A program made the translations under genes and the position numbers. Source: an uncultured Bacilli bacterium (GTDB lineage: Bacteria > Bacillota_I > Bacilli_A > RF39 > UBA660). Taken from it: a DNA stretch of 64,000 bases. The stretch covers positions 17,032 through 81,031 of the forward strand of contig CANQXQ010000001.1 in assembly GCA_947627845.1 (NCBI GenBank). The letters run 5' to 3'. Positions 18,669 through 28,863 of the stretch are shown here, one piece after another; position 1 is the first letter of the stretch; the number at the start of each line of letters is the position of its first letter. The notes beneath the pieces are model-generated. The model did no database searches, was not told the origin of the DNA, and saw only the letters and a list, made by a program, of their open reading frames with translations.

Positions 18669-20846
18669 TTATAATTGTAAAGGATTTAAATCTATCTCTA
18701 GAAAAGTATCTTTATTAGTACTAAAAATATTATCAAGTTCTTTTAAAGCTGGCATTAAATGTTCATCAAAACGATATTTAATCGTAATATTAAAACGATA
18801 AATATTATTAATTCGAAAATTTAGCGCGGTTGATGGCCCCAATATAAGAGAACTAGAGGCAATATTTTTCTTTAAATAATTATAGACTTTAGTCGCGTTG
18901 GTTCGAGCTTTTTCATAGTCTTTACTAGCAACTTTAATATTTACTAAATAATAATATGGCGGGTATTTTAAAATTTTTCGAATAGCCATTTCATGATGAT
19001 AAAAATCTAAATAAGCATTATTACTCGCGGCTTTAATAGTAAAGTTATCAGGATTAAAGGTTTGAATAATAACTTGGCCAGGATTTTTTCCGCGACCAGA
19101 ACGACCCGAGGCTTGATTTAATAAGGCAAATGTTCTTTCACTACTCCGAAAATCAGGAATATTTAAGGTAGTATCAGCATTTATAATGCCAACTAAAGTA
19201 CAATTAGGAAAATCAAGACCTTTACTAATCATTTGGGTACCTATTAAAATATCATATTCCCCATTTTTAAAGGAAGTAATAATTTTATTTTGACTACCTT
19301 TAGTTGAGGTCGTATCCGCGTCCATTCGAATTAGACGAGCATTATAACGTTCTTTTATTAAACTTTCTAATTTCTCGGTTCCAAGGCCTAAATAATTTAA
19401 AGATTTTTCTTGGCATTTAGGACATATATCATCCTTTATTTTAGTATACCCGCAATAATGGCATCTTAAGGTATTAGAAGTTTTATGGTAAGTAAGAGAT
19501 ATTTCACAATTAGGGCATTTATAAGTAAAACCACAATTACTACAAGTGATAATAGTCGAATAACCTCTTCTATTTAAAAGTAAAATTATTTGTTCTTTTT
19601 TATTTAAAGTATCTTTTATACTTTTATCTAAAGCTTCACTTATAATAAAATTACGTTTTTTTAATTCCGAGGTCATATCGACAATAATGCTTTTAGGTAA
19701 CGCTTGATTATTAGCCCGATTTTTTAAAGTTAAAAGTTCATAATTTCCTTTTAGAGCCCGGGCCATACTTTCTAAACTGGGGGTTGCACTTCCAAGTACT
19801 AGCGGAATATGATAATATTCACATCTTTTTTTGGCTATATCAAGAGCGTGGTAGCGAGGATTAGAGTCTTGTTTATAAGTGTCACTATGTTCTTCATCTA
19901 CTATTATTATACCAATATTTTCTAAAGGAGCAAAAATAGCACTTCTGGTACCAATAACAATTTTGACATCTTTATTTAAAATTTTTAAATATTCATCATA
20001 CTTTTCCGTTTTAGAAAGACCACTATGGAGAATAGCTACATCATTTCCAAAATAAGCATAGAAAATATTTATTATTTGTTCAGTTAAACTGATTTCTGGC
20101 ACTAATAAGAGCGCTGTTTTATTTTGTTTTAGTACAGCTTTAATTAAATTTAAATAAACTAAAGTTTTACCACTTCCAGTTACACCATAAATTAGAAAGG
20201 TTTTATTTTCATTTAAAGAGTTACAAATAGTTTTAAATACTTCTTCTTGTTCTTTATTTAAAGTTTTTTCTTCAATATTTTCTTTATTTTTATTTAAACG
20301 ATAAACTTTTTTAGAAATTATTTTAATTAAACCATTTCTTTCAAGTTCCCGAATAGCAGTTCTATCAAATTCTTTTTTATTTATTTCTCCATCTTCCAAT
20401 AATTTTTCTAATATAGCTACTTTCTTACCGCGATGGCTATTTATATATTCCCTCACGGTATTAAGATTAGCATTTATAGATACATAATATTCATATTTAT
20501 TATAATTAGCTTTTTGATCTTTAATTTTTAGGGCACTTGGAAGCATTGTTTGATAAGCCGTAATTAAATTACATAAAGTTAGTTCTTTTAAATATTTACC
20601 TAATTCTAATAACTCCGAATTTAAAACTAAAAATTCATCTTCAATTCTTACAATACTTTTTAATTCATAATTATCAGTATATTTATCAGTTATTTCTAAA
20701 ACAATTCCATGCACTAAACGGGTATTAAAAGGCACTAATACTTTCATGCCTACTTTTATTTTAGTTTCTAGTTCTTTAGGAATTAAATAAGTAAAAGCTT
20801 TATCTAAAGTTTTTATATGGTATTCAATTACACAATAAGCATACAT
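18669..20846 (-). CDS. priA: Primosomal protein N' (replication restart helicase PriA)
   Basis: Walker A GVTGSGKT, DEEH box, Cys4 Zn fingers CSNCGFTYKCPNCEISLTYHKTSNTLRCHYCGY. Start moved to the second ATG (20846) behind GGAGGT. Confidence 0.9.
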   Translation of the reverse strand: MYAYCVIEYHIKTLDKAFTYLIPKELETKIKVGMKVLVPFNTRLVHGIVLEITDKYTDNYELKSIVRIEDEFLVLNSELLELGKYLKELTLCNLITAYQTMLPSALKIKDQKANYNKYEYYVSINANLNTVREYINSHRGKKVAILEKLLEDGEINKKEFDRTAIRELERNGLIKIISKKVYRLNKNKENIEEKTLNKEQEEVFKTICNSLNENKTFLIYGVTGSGKTLVYLNLIKAVLKQNKTALLLVPEISLTEQIINIFYAYFGNDVAILHSGLSKTEKYDEYLKILNKDVKIVIGTRSAIFAPLENIGIIIVDEEHSDTYKQDSNPRYHALDIAKKRCEYYHIPLVLGSATPSLESMARALKGNYELLTLKNRANNQALPKSIIVDMTSELKKRNFIISEALDKSIKDTLNKKEQIILLLNRRGYSTIITCSNCGFTYKCPNCEISLTYHKTSNTLRCHYCGYTKIKDDICPKCQEKSLNYLGLGTEKLESLIKERYNARLIRMDADTTSTKGSQNKIITSFKNGEYDILIGTQMISKGLDFPNCTLVGIINADTTLNIPDFRSSERTFALLNQASGRSGRGKNPGQVIIQTFNPDNFTIKAASNNAYLDFYHHEMAIRKILKYPPYYYLVNIKVASKDYEKARTNATKVYNYLKKNIASSSLILGPSTALNFRINNIYRFNITIKYRFDEHLMPALKELDNIFSTNKDTFLEIDLNPLQL

Positions 20847-21268
20847 ATTAGGACCTCCTATAATCATTATAGCAAATTATACAATTTTAGATAATTGTTT
20901 TTATTTTATTTCTTAAAAGAATGATTACTTTGCTACATTTAAACTCGCGATATTTTACGAGTTTAAAACCTACCACCTCTAGTTTCGAGTTTTGGTCAAA
21001 ATTTTTGACCAAAAAATTTTGGCTTTCCCTATCAGTTAAGATAAAGCTATATCTTTTGGGAAATTTATCAAAATTATTTTTGACGGCTTGTTTTATCTCT
21101 TTAGTTCCATTTTTGAACTCATAAAGTTTTGCTAAATCACTATCGAGCATGATTATTTGCCACGGATTTCATAAATTAAATCGGACATACTTCTTCACTT
21201 TCTTTAATAAAAAAAGAAGTTAAATTTAACTTTAGCTTCTTTATATATTTATTATATATATGTCAATA

Positions 21269-22183
21269 TTAGAATATTTCACTTAAATCAAAGTTCCGCG
21301 ATTTAATTGTTCCACCCTCAATGTCGTAGCAATCATTAATAATACAAAAGGCATTTTTATCAATGGCGCGGATGGTTTCTTTAAAATAATAGTAATCATT
21401 AGTCGGAACAACACACATTAAAATTTTCTTGGTTTTATTGGAATAGCCTCCTTTACCATCTAAAAGAGTTACGCCTAAATGTAAATCATTAATTATTAGA
21501 TTTTCGATTTCTTTATATTTTTCACTTTGAATAAAGAAAAGTTTACGTTTAGAAATACCAATTATCATCCGATCAACAATAATACTAAAAATATAAGTTA
21601 TTATAATAGCGTATATAACTTTATTAACACCCATGACTAAACCAGCAAAGAGAATGATAACCACACTACTGATGAAATTAGCTCGGCCCTCAGGCATATG
21701 TAAATATTTACACATAATATGCATTATAATATCAGAGCCACCAGTATTATAACCAGTTTTATAAATTAAACCATTAGCAAATCCATATAATATAGAAGTT
21801 AAAGTAAGAGTTAAGAGAAAATCATCAAATTTAAAATAAGGAATTAATAATTTACTCAAAGGTAAAGTAAAAGTTATCATAAGGGGGTATAAAATACTAC
21901 CGATAATTGCTTTTTTAGTTTTATTAACACCCAAAGTAAAAAAGCTAATTATAAGTAATAAAGTATTAGCTATATAAATAAATATTTCATCATTCCAGCC
22001 CAGCCAATCTTTAAAGACAATAGCAAGACCACTTACACCTCCGGTTACTAAATCATATTCGACAAAAAACATATTATAATTTAAAGCTAATAAAAAAACT
22101 CCAATAATCATCATTAAATTACGCAATAATTTATTTTTATTAGTTACTATCTTAGTTAATTTCTTTATTTCCATCTTGATCAT
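21269..22183 (-). CDS. YitT-family membrane protein (DUF161 + C-terminal DUF2179)
   Basis: N-terminal MMIIGVFLLALNYNMFFVEYDLVTGGVSGLAIVF, 5-6 TMs, soluble C-terminal domain. Confidence 0.7.
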   Translation of the reverse strand: MIKMEIKKLTKIVTNKNKLLRNLMMIIGVFLLALNYNMFFVEYDLVTGGVSGLAIVFKDWLGWNDEIFIYIANTLLLIISFFTLGVNKTKKAIIGSILYPLMITFTLPLSKLLIPYFKFDDFLLTLTLTSILYGFANGLIYKTGYNTGGSDIIMHIMCKYLHMPEGRANFISSVVIILFAGLVMGVNKVIYAIIITYIFSIIVDRMIIGISKRKLFFIQSEKYKEIENLIINDLHLGVTLLDGKGGYSNKTKKILMCVVPTNDYYYFKETIRAIDKNAFCIINDCYDIEGGTIKSRNFDLSEIF

Positions 22184-22270
22184 CCTTTATTTTAATATAA
22201 AGTTAAATTTTATAATTGTCAACATAAATTATTTAAAAATTCATATATTTTTTTAGAGGTGAATAAATAA

Positions 22271-22633
22271 ATGAATGGCAATTTTTTTAGTACCCCAACA
22301 TTTCCCGCCAATAACAATTTAAATACTTTGGAAAGTCCTCCCGGAAATATAAATTTTAGTAGTACTAGTTTACCTATGGAACAAAGTTATATTGAAAATA
22401 TTTTAAGACTTAATAAAGGAAAAAAAGTTAAAGCTTATTATTCTTACCCGGATTCCAATGAATGGCGTGATAAAATTTATGATGGGGTCATTGAGGAAGC
22501 TGGAAGAGATCACTTAATTATGAGTGATCCTAAAACAGGAGATTGGTATCTACTTAGAATGATTTATTTAAATTATGTTACTTTTGAAGAAAAAATAAAT
22601 TATAGTCATGATTATTCAGAAAAAACGTTTTAG
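22271..22633 (+). CDS. Spore coat protein GerQ-like
   Basis: C-terminal block SYIENILRLNKGKKVKAYYSYPDSNEWRDKIYDGVIEEAGRDHLIMSDPKTGDWYLLRMIYLNYVTFEE resembles the GerQ/YwdL conserved domain as I recall it. Confidence 0.5.
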   Translation: MNGNFFSTPTFPANNNLNTLESPPGNINFSSTSLPMEQSYIENILRLNKGKKVKAYYSYPDSNEWRDKIYDGVIEEAGRDHLIMSDPKTGDWYLLRMIYLNYVTFEEKINYSHDYSEKTF

Positions 22634-22726
22634 AAGTCTAGACTGTTGACAAAGTTAAAATTTTGAAAAACAGTCTTTTTATTTTATAAAATATCAACAG
22701 TTTAAAAAAAGCTAAAGTTTAGCATT

Positions 22727-23278
22727 TTATATTTTAAAATCATCAATTATTTCATCTTCCATATCCTTACCATCAAAGAAAAGCTTAATTTTAAATTTAT
22801 GAATCTTAGCAATAACATTAGTTGGAAAATGTCTAATTATGGCATTTTGCAAACTAGCATTTTTATTGTAATAATTTTTAGCCGCACATAATTTTTCCTC
22901 TAATTCTCTAATTTTTTCTAATTCTAAATTTAATTCTTCATTTTTATTTAAACCTAAATCATCAATCATTTTTAAAATTAAAGTAAGTTCTTCATTTAAT
23001 TTACTATCCATATCAAAATTAGACAAATTCATAGTATTTAACTTTTCATAATCTTTAAAATAATTTTTATCACTTTTCATATGTTTTTTAATACTATTAT
23101 TAATCCTAATTAAAATATCATATTTTATTTTTAAATTTTCATCAATAATTTCTTCTGCTTCATTAATTTTGGTATTTAAATCGTTTAATTTATTAAAAGA
23201 AATAGTATAAAAAATACCACTTAAACAAATTAAAATAATAATTATTAAAAGTATAGATAACCACCACATATTTTTCAC
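22727..23278 (-). CDS. LemA-family protein
   Basis: N-terminal TM, then LemA-like coiled region (NYYNKNASLQNAIIRHFPTNVIAKI). Confidence 0.7.
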   Translation of the reverse strand: MKNMWWLSILLIIIILICLSGIFYTISFNKLNDLNTKINEAEEIIDENLKIKYDILIRINNSIKKHMKSDKNYFKDYEKLNTMNLSNFDMDSKLNEELTLILKMIDDLGLNKNEELNLELEKIRELEEKLCAAKNYYNKNASLQNAIIRHFPTNVIAKIHKFKIKLFFDGKDMEDEIIDDFKI

Positions 23279-23472
23279 CTAGTATAAGTGTACCAAATTT
23301 CTGACGAAAAGTCCATCTTTATTAAAATAAAAGTATTGCAAAATAAAAAGTGTTGGATTATTATAAATCTCGCTAAAGAAAGAAATAATTCCAACACAAT
23401 TAATATTATACACAAATTTCTTGATTTTTAAAGACTATTTCTCTCTTTAGTAAAAAGAAGGGAAATTTTTTT

Positions 23473-24330
23473 ATGAAAAATACGGAAAAGAATAAACAAA
23501 AATGGGTTAAACAAATTGAGGATACTTTAAAAATTGGAGGAAGGAGTAAAAGAACATTTGATAATTATAAATCTCATTTAAAAAGATTTGTAAATTATTA
23601 TGATGAGGAAGTAGAAATTGATAAATTAACGGAAAGTGATATTCTAGATTATTTAAAAGTCAATTTTATTAATAAGTCACTTTCTGGAGAAACTTATAAT
23701 ATGGCTATAAAGTCTATTAGTCTATTTTATTCTGTTTGTTTTGACAAAGTTTTAAGAAAAAATTTATTACCTAGCCACAAATTAAGAAAAAGATTACCTA
23801 ATATAATTACAAAAGATAATTTTATTAAAATTTTTAATAATGAAAATAACATTAAACACAAATGTTGGCTTTTACTTGCTTTTTGTTCTGGATTAAGAGT
23901 TGAAGAAGTTGCTAAAATTAAAATCGAGAATATCATTTCAGAAGAACATAAACTTAAAGTTCTAGGTAAAGGTAATAAAGAAAGATATACTATTTTACCT
24001 GATATAACTATAAAATTTTTAAGAATTTATTATAAGAAAAAGCAAATAAACAAAAAACATGGGTATCTATTCAATGGTAATACAAACCATGATTCTTTAA
24101 ATTGTAAAACCATTATTAACTATTTTTCCAAAATTAAAAAAGATTATAAACTAAATAATAATTTAACTTTCCATTGTTTAAGACATTCTTTTGCTACTTA
24201 TTACTTAATGAATGGTGGTAATATTTTAACTCTCCAATCTATGCTTGGCCATAAGTCAATAAATTCTACAATTATCTACTTACACTTATCACAAAATTTT
24301 AATAAGTTGGAAGGCATTAAATATGTCTAA
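23473..24330 (+). CDS. Tyrosine site-specific recombinase (phage-integrase family) associated with the IS91-family element
   Basis: Catalytic residues R (GLRVEEV), HCLRHSF (H-x-x-R) and LGHKSINSTIIYLHL (H...Y). Confidence 0.8.
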   Translation: MKNTEKNKQKWVKQIEDTLKIGGRSKRTFDNYKSHLKRFVNYYDEEVEIDKLTESDILDYLKVNFINKSLSGETYNMAIKSISLFYSVCFDKVLRKNLLPSHKLRKRLPNIITKDNFIKIFNNENNIKHKCWLLLAFCSGLRVEEVAKIKIENIISEEHKLKVLGKGNKERYTILPDITIKFLRIYYKKKQINKKHGYLFNGNTNHDSLNCKTIINYFSKIKKDYKLNNNLTFHCLRHSFATYYLMNGGNILTLQSMLGHKSINSTIIYLHLSQNFNKLEGIKYV

Positions 24331-25444
24331 ATATACAGTTCAAGATATTTTCCAAACTTATGGAGATGAATATATCAAGCATCATAACTTATCAAAAGAA
24401 GAGTGGAAAGTCTTTAATGCCATTAGAAATTGTGGTACTCCTTCTTTAGGTTATCATATCTGTACTTGTGATGAATGTGGTGAAGAATATTTTAGCTTTA
24501 ATTCTTGTCGTAATAGACATTGCCCTATGTGCCAAAATTATGCTCGGGAAAAATGGATTCAAAAAGAAGCTAGTTATTTATTAGATTGTAGATATTTTCA
24601 TATTATTACAACTGTTCCTTATGAACTTAATGAGATACTCCTATTTAATCAAAAAATATGTTATAACATCTTATTTAAAGCTACTTCTGAATCAATTTTA
24701 GAACTTGCTAATGATACAAAATGGTTAGGTGCTAAAGTTGGCATTACTTCTATTTTACATACTTGGGGACAAACTATGGAATTTCATCCTCATATTCATT
24801 CTATTGTTACTGGCGGAGGTCTTAAAAATAATCTTTGGATTTCTTGCGATAAAGATTATCTTTTTAAGATTCAAGTTTTAGGTTCCTTATTTAAAGGTAA
24901 ATTCTTATTTTATTTAAAACATAATCATTCTGATTTAGTTTTAAATGATAATTTAAAAGATATAAAATCTTTTAACAAATTTCTTGAACCGCTTTATGGT
25001 AAAACTTGGATTACTTATATTGAACCCCCTAAAGGTAAAAAAGAAAATGTTATCGAATATGTTGGTAGATATTCTTTTAGAGTAGCTATTTCTAATGATA
25101 GAATTAAAAACATTGATAATGGTTTAGTTACCTTTGAATATAAAGATTACAAAGATAATTCTAAAATAAAAGAAATGACTATTACTGCCGAAGAATTTAT
25201 TAGAAGATTTTTACTTCATGTTTTACCCAATCATTTTACTAAAATTAAACATTATGGTATTTTAGCTAATCGAAATAAAAAAAATAATATTAAATTTTGT
25301 AGATTTCTTATTTTTAAAATTATAACTAATAATTTTATTTCTACTATTACAAGGGAACTTCATGTATTCAAATGTGAAAAGTGTGGTTCAACTAATTTTA
25401 CTTATTCATTTAAATATAATGTTTATCGATCGTGTTTTAATTAA
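24323..25444 (+). CDS. IS91-family rolling-circle (HUH, Y2) transposase
   Basis: N-terminal Zn-binding CTCDECG...CRNRHCPMCQ, HUH motif HPHIHSIV, tyrosine pair YVGRY. Overlaps the recombinase gene by 8 nt. Confidence 0.8.
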   Translation: MSKYTVQDIFQTYGDEYIKHHNLSKEEWKVFNAIRNCGTPSLGYHICTCDECGEEYFSFNSCRNRHCPMCQNYAREKWIQKEASYLLDCRYFHIITTVPYELNEILLFNQKICYNILFKATSESILELANDTKWLGAKVGITSILHTWGQTMEFHPHIHSIVTGGGLKNNLWISCDKDYLFKIQVLGSLFKGKFLFYLKHNHSDLVLNDNLKDIKSFNKFLEPLYGKTWITYIEPPKGKKENVIEYVGRYSFRVAISNDRIKNIDNGLVTFEYKDYKDNSKIKEMTITAEEFIRRFLLHVLPNHFTKIKHYGILANRNKKNNIKFCRFLIFKIITNNFISTITRELHVFKCEKCGSTNFTYSFKYNVYRSCFN

Positions 25445-25935
25445 CTTTTATCTTAATTTCAGGATTCCATACTTTAGGGGTAAGGGGTTAATATATTCCA
25501 AAATACTTTATTTGTTATTTTTTAATTTATAATTTTATAATTTTTATAAATTTTAAAGAAAAAAAGAGCAATACTTTCCCCTTATACAACTTTTCTAAAT
25601 AAATTTGGTACACTACATTTATAACATATTTCTTATACAAGAAATATGCCATAAATTACTTAACAGTATATCATAAATTATTTAAAAATTAAATTCTTAT
25701 TTCAAAAATAAAAACATTTTGCGATTAATTAGCAAAAATGTCTTATTTATTAATATATTATTTCTTACAAATTAGTATAGAAATGAATAACAAGTAAAAA
25801 TTGTAAATTGCTACTTTAATAAAATTATAAGTAACGAAATAATCTTGAATCAACTATGGAAATTTTAGATCCATTAAGAAGATAACTAATCAATTAATAT
25901 TTATTTACGAAAAAACGAACTTTTTATTATATTTG

Positions 25936-27372
25936 TTATTTAATGCCGCAAGTACTAGGACTATAAGCACCTAAAACAGTTAGTAAAAATTTAATTAAAA
26001 TTGGTAAGAAAAAGATGATAATAGCTATTATTAGCCTTTTTATGGCTTTTTGAGTAGCTTTTTTAATTTCATCTTGATTACCCGCGGTTGCTTTTATAAA
26101 ATCAACGATAGTAAAAACAAATAACATAATTATGGCCGCATATTTAATTAAATCAAAAGCAAATTGTAAATAATAGGCTGGCTCTCCTTTTACTGTAGGA
26201 TTACCTAAATAACTATTACATACTCCAGTAGTCCAATCAAGATTGCCAGTATCAATGTTTTGATTGAGCCCTTCTGCTTCTAAAACTTCAGATGGTAAAC
26301 AAACATTTTTGTATGTTGATATAGCATAGCCATAATTACCTGTACAATCATTTATATAGATATTTTCTGGACACGCTCCATCTTCAGGAAAAAAATATTT
26401 TAAATCTTCTTTAAAAATTTTAAAAGTTATTTGAGTTACATCTTCAATATTATTGGGATTGCTTCCTTCAGTAACATTAAATTCAATATCAGATAATGTA
26501 GTAATATTGTGTGCAGTTTCTTGATGACTATGATTATCATTATGCCGATATTGAAATTTTATATTTTTTTCCCCTTCTTCTGTTATATTAAAATCTATAC
26601 TAGCAATTCTTTTGTTATCAATAGTAAGGTTATTATAGGAGCATGCACTTTTAACTTTGCCAATTTGTGTGCCTGGAGTTGAAGGCGTTGAAGGATCAGG
26701 AGGTGTTGAAGGTGTGCCATCAACAAATTGAAAATAGCTAGATGTGTCTTTTTTACTTATTGGATCTTTATAACTACCTGAAACATATTTCATTGCCGGA
26801 CATTGATTGGCATCATAATATTTTTTTAATATGTCTCTTTGATCAGATTCATATGTTTTATCTCCTATTAAAGTTTGAGTATTTCTCTTATAATACGCAC
26901 CATATGTAGGAGCGCCACGATCGGCAAAATGAAGAAAACCTATAGTACTGATCATATTACCCTTAGATCGATTTGGGATTAACTCTGCTACCAAATTACT
27001 ATTAGCTACGTTATATGGGCATAATGTGGTTTTAATCTCAGAATAACCACAATAACGTAAAGTACCATCATGAAAAGCATTACTATCAGATATATTAAAG
27101 TTGTTATCACGAATAGTACTACCGCTTGCTGGCCATGATGGTATACTGCTTAGTGCAGTGTCTTTAATACCATATCTTTTATATGTTTCATTTTTATCAT
27201 CATCAACATAGTACTCAAATTTATAATAATAATACAAATTTCTTGGCATGCCATTGTAGGTTTCTGTCCATCCATTATCAGGAATCCAATATTCACACAT
27301 TAAAGCCTTAGCATTAGGAATACTGATAATTAAACTTAAAAATAAAGTTATAATAAAAATTAGTTTCTTCAT
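25936..27372 (-). CDS. Secreted/surface protein with Pro/Thr/Ser linker and two C-terminal TM helices, unknown function
   Basis: Signal peptide MKKLIFIITLFLSLIISIPNAKA, linker TPSTPPDPSTPSTPGTQ, C-terminal LFVFTIVDFI...LIIAIIIFFLPILIKFLLTVLGAY. Confidence 0.4.
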   Translation of the reverse strand: MKKLIFIITLFLSLIISIPNAKALMCEYWIPDNGWTETYNGMPRNLYYYYKFEYYVDDDKNETYKRYGIKDTALSSIPSWPASGSTIRDNNFNISDSNAFHDGTLRYCGYSEIKTTLCPYNVANSNLVAELIPNRSKGNMISTIGFLHFADRGAPTYGAYYKRNTQTLIGDKTYESDQRDILKKYYDANQCPAMKYVSGSYKDPISKKDTSSYFQFVDGTPSTPPDPSTPSTPGTQIGKVKSACSYNNLTIDNKRIASIDFNITEEGEKNIKFQYRHNDNHSHQETAHNITTLSDIEFNVTEGSNPNNIEDVTQITFKIFKEDLKYFFPEDGACPENIYINDCTGNYGYAISTYKNVCLPSEVLEAEGLNQNIDTGNLDWTTGVCNSYLGNPTVKGEPAYYLQFAFDLIKYAAIIMLFVFTIVDFIKATAGNQDEIKKATQKAIKRLIIAIIIFFLPILIKFLLTVLGAYSPSTCGIK

Positions 27373-27486
27373 AATTAGCCTCCTAACTACTCTTTTATTT
27401 TAACAAACTTTAAACAAAAAAACTAGCTTTTTATTGTTATTTATAAATTATGAGTATATAATATAGTAAAAGTTAGGTGGAAACTC

Positions 27487-28863
27487 ATGAAAAAAGAAAT
27501 TAAAGATTATAAAACTATACATTTTATTGGGATTGGAGGCGCTAGTATGTATGCGATGGCGGCTCAATTAAAAAATGATGGTTTAAATATTACAGGAAGT
27601 GATATGCAAGAGTCAAGTAATACTGAATATTTAAAAAATATGGGAATTGATGTTATAATTGGCCATGATACACGTTTAGTTAAAGAAGCCGAGTTAGTTA
27701 TTTATACGGCAGCTATCCATGACAGTGATCCCGAGCTTTCTTTAGCGAGAGAAATGGGAATTGAGACAATTGAAAGAGCAGCTTTTATTGGGGAATATAC
27801 CAAAGATTATGAAAATTTAATTTGTATAAGTGGGACTCATGGAAAAAGTACCACGACTAGTATGATTGCTAGTGTATTTTTAGAAGCAAATTTAAACCCT
27901 ACAATTCAAATTGGAGCCTCTTTAAAAAGAATAAATGGCAATTATTATACCGGAGGGAAAAAATATTTTATTTTAGAAGCTTGTGAATATGTTGATTCTT
28001 TTTTACATTTTCATCCGACCGCGGAAGTTATTTTAAATATTGATGATGATCATTTAGATTATTTTAAGAATATTGAAAATACTAAAAAATCTTTTCGTAA
28101 ATATGTCGAATTATTACCGGATAATGGTTATTTAGTTATAAATAAAGATGATCCTAATACTTTAAATTTAGATAAAGGAATTAAAAATGTAACTACTTTT
28201 GGAATTGATAGTGAAGCGTTAGTAAAGGCCCAAAATATTAAATATGATGAAATGGGATTTCCAACATTTGATGTTTATATAAATAAAGAATATTATGACA
28301 CTTTTAGCTTAAAGGTAAGAGGAAAGCATAATGTTTTAGATGCTTTAGCAACTATAAGTATGGCACGTAATTATGATATTGATAAAGATATTATCAAAAA
28401 GGCTTTAAAGGAATTTACAGGGGTTGGAAGAAGATTTGAATATAAAGGCGAATATAAAAAAGCCCATATATTTGATGATTTTGCTCATCATCCAACGGAA
28501 ATTCTTTCTACTTATAATAGCGCTACGAGTATTAAACATAGAGAGACTTGGGCAGTTTTTCAATCACATACTTATAGTAGAACAGCAGAGCATCTAAAAG
28601 AATTTGCTCAGGTTTTAGCTAAATTTGATCATGTAATTATTTGTGATATTTATGCGGCTAGAGAAGAAAATATTTGGAACGTTAAAGAAGATGATCTGGT
28701 TAAACTTATAAAGGCTACCAATAAAAATGTAATTCATATTCCTACTTATGTAGAGATTGCTAATTATTTAAAAGATAAGGTTCAGGAAGATGATTTAATT
28801 TTAACGATTGGAGCCGGTCCTGTTAATAAAGTGGCTGATATACTTTTACAAAATAATAATTAA
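27487..28863 (+). CDS. murC: UDP-N-acetylmuramate--L-alanine ligase
   Basis: IHFIGIGGASMYAMAAQL N-terminal Rossmann motif, GTHGKSTTTSM P-loop, Mur ligase C-domain. Confidence 0.9.
   Translation: MKKEIKDYKTIHFIGIGGASMYAMAAQLKNDGLNITGSDMQESSNTEYLKNMGIDVIIGHDTRLVKEAELVIYTAAIHDSDPELSLAREMGIETIERAAFIGEYTKDYENLICISGTHGKSTTTSMIASVFLEANLNPTIQIGASLKRINGNYYTGGKKYFILEACEYVDSFLHFHPTAEVILNIDDDHLDYFKNIENTKKSFRKYVELLPDNGYLVINKDDPNTLNLDKGIKNVTTFGIDSEALVKAQNIKYDEMGFPTFDVYINKEYYDTFSLKVRGKHNVLDALATISMARNYDIDKDIIKKALKEFTGVGRRFEYKGEYKKAHIFDDFAHHPTEILSTYNSATSIKHRETWAVFQSHTYSRTAEHLKEFAQVLAKFDHVIICDIYAAREENIWNVKEDDLVKLIKATNKNVIHIPTYVEIANYLKDKVQEDDLILTIGAGPVNKVADILLQNNN

Larger units (their letters stand above)
23287..25614. 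mobile_element. IS91-family insertion unit (tyrosine recombinase + HUH Y2 transposase) bounded by a 14-bp perfect inverted repeat
   Basis: agtgtaccaaattt at 23287-23300 and its exact reverse complement aaatttggtacact at 25601-25614 flank the two genes. Boundaries are inferred from the IR only. Confidence 0.5.

Noticed and set aside
20887-21150. 87-aa and 67-aa overlapping ORFs (both strands) in the priA upstream region
   Set aside because: They contain a perfect 23-bp palindrome, a second hairpin and the yitT terminator. There is no RBS and composition is low-complexity, so this is more likely regulatory DNA than coding.
25445-25935. Possible CRISPR array or other repeats in the 490-bp AT-rich spacer after the IS91 transposase
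   Set aside because: There are no regularly spaced direct repeats. Only the single 14-bp IR partner of the element's left end was found.
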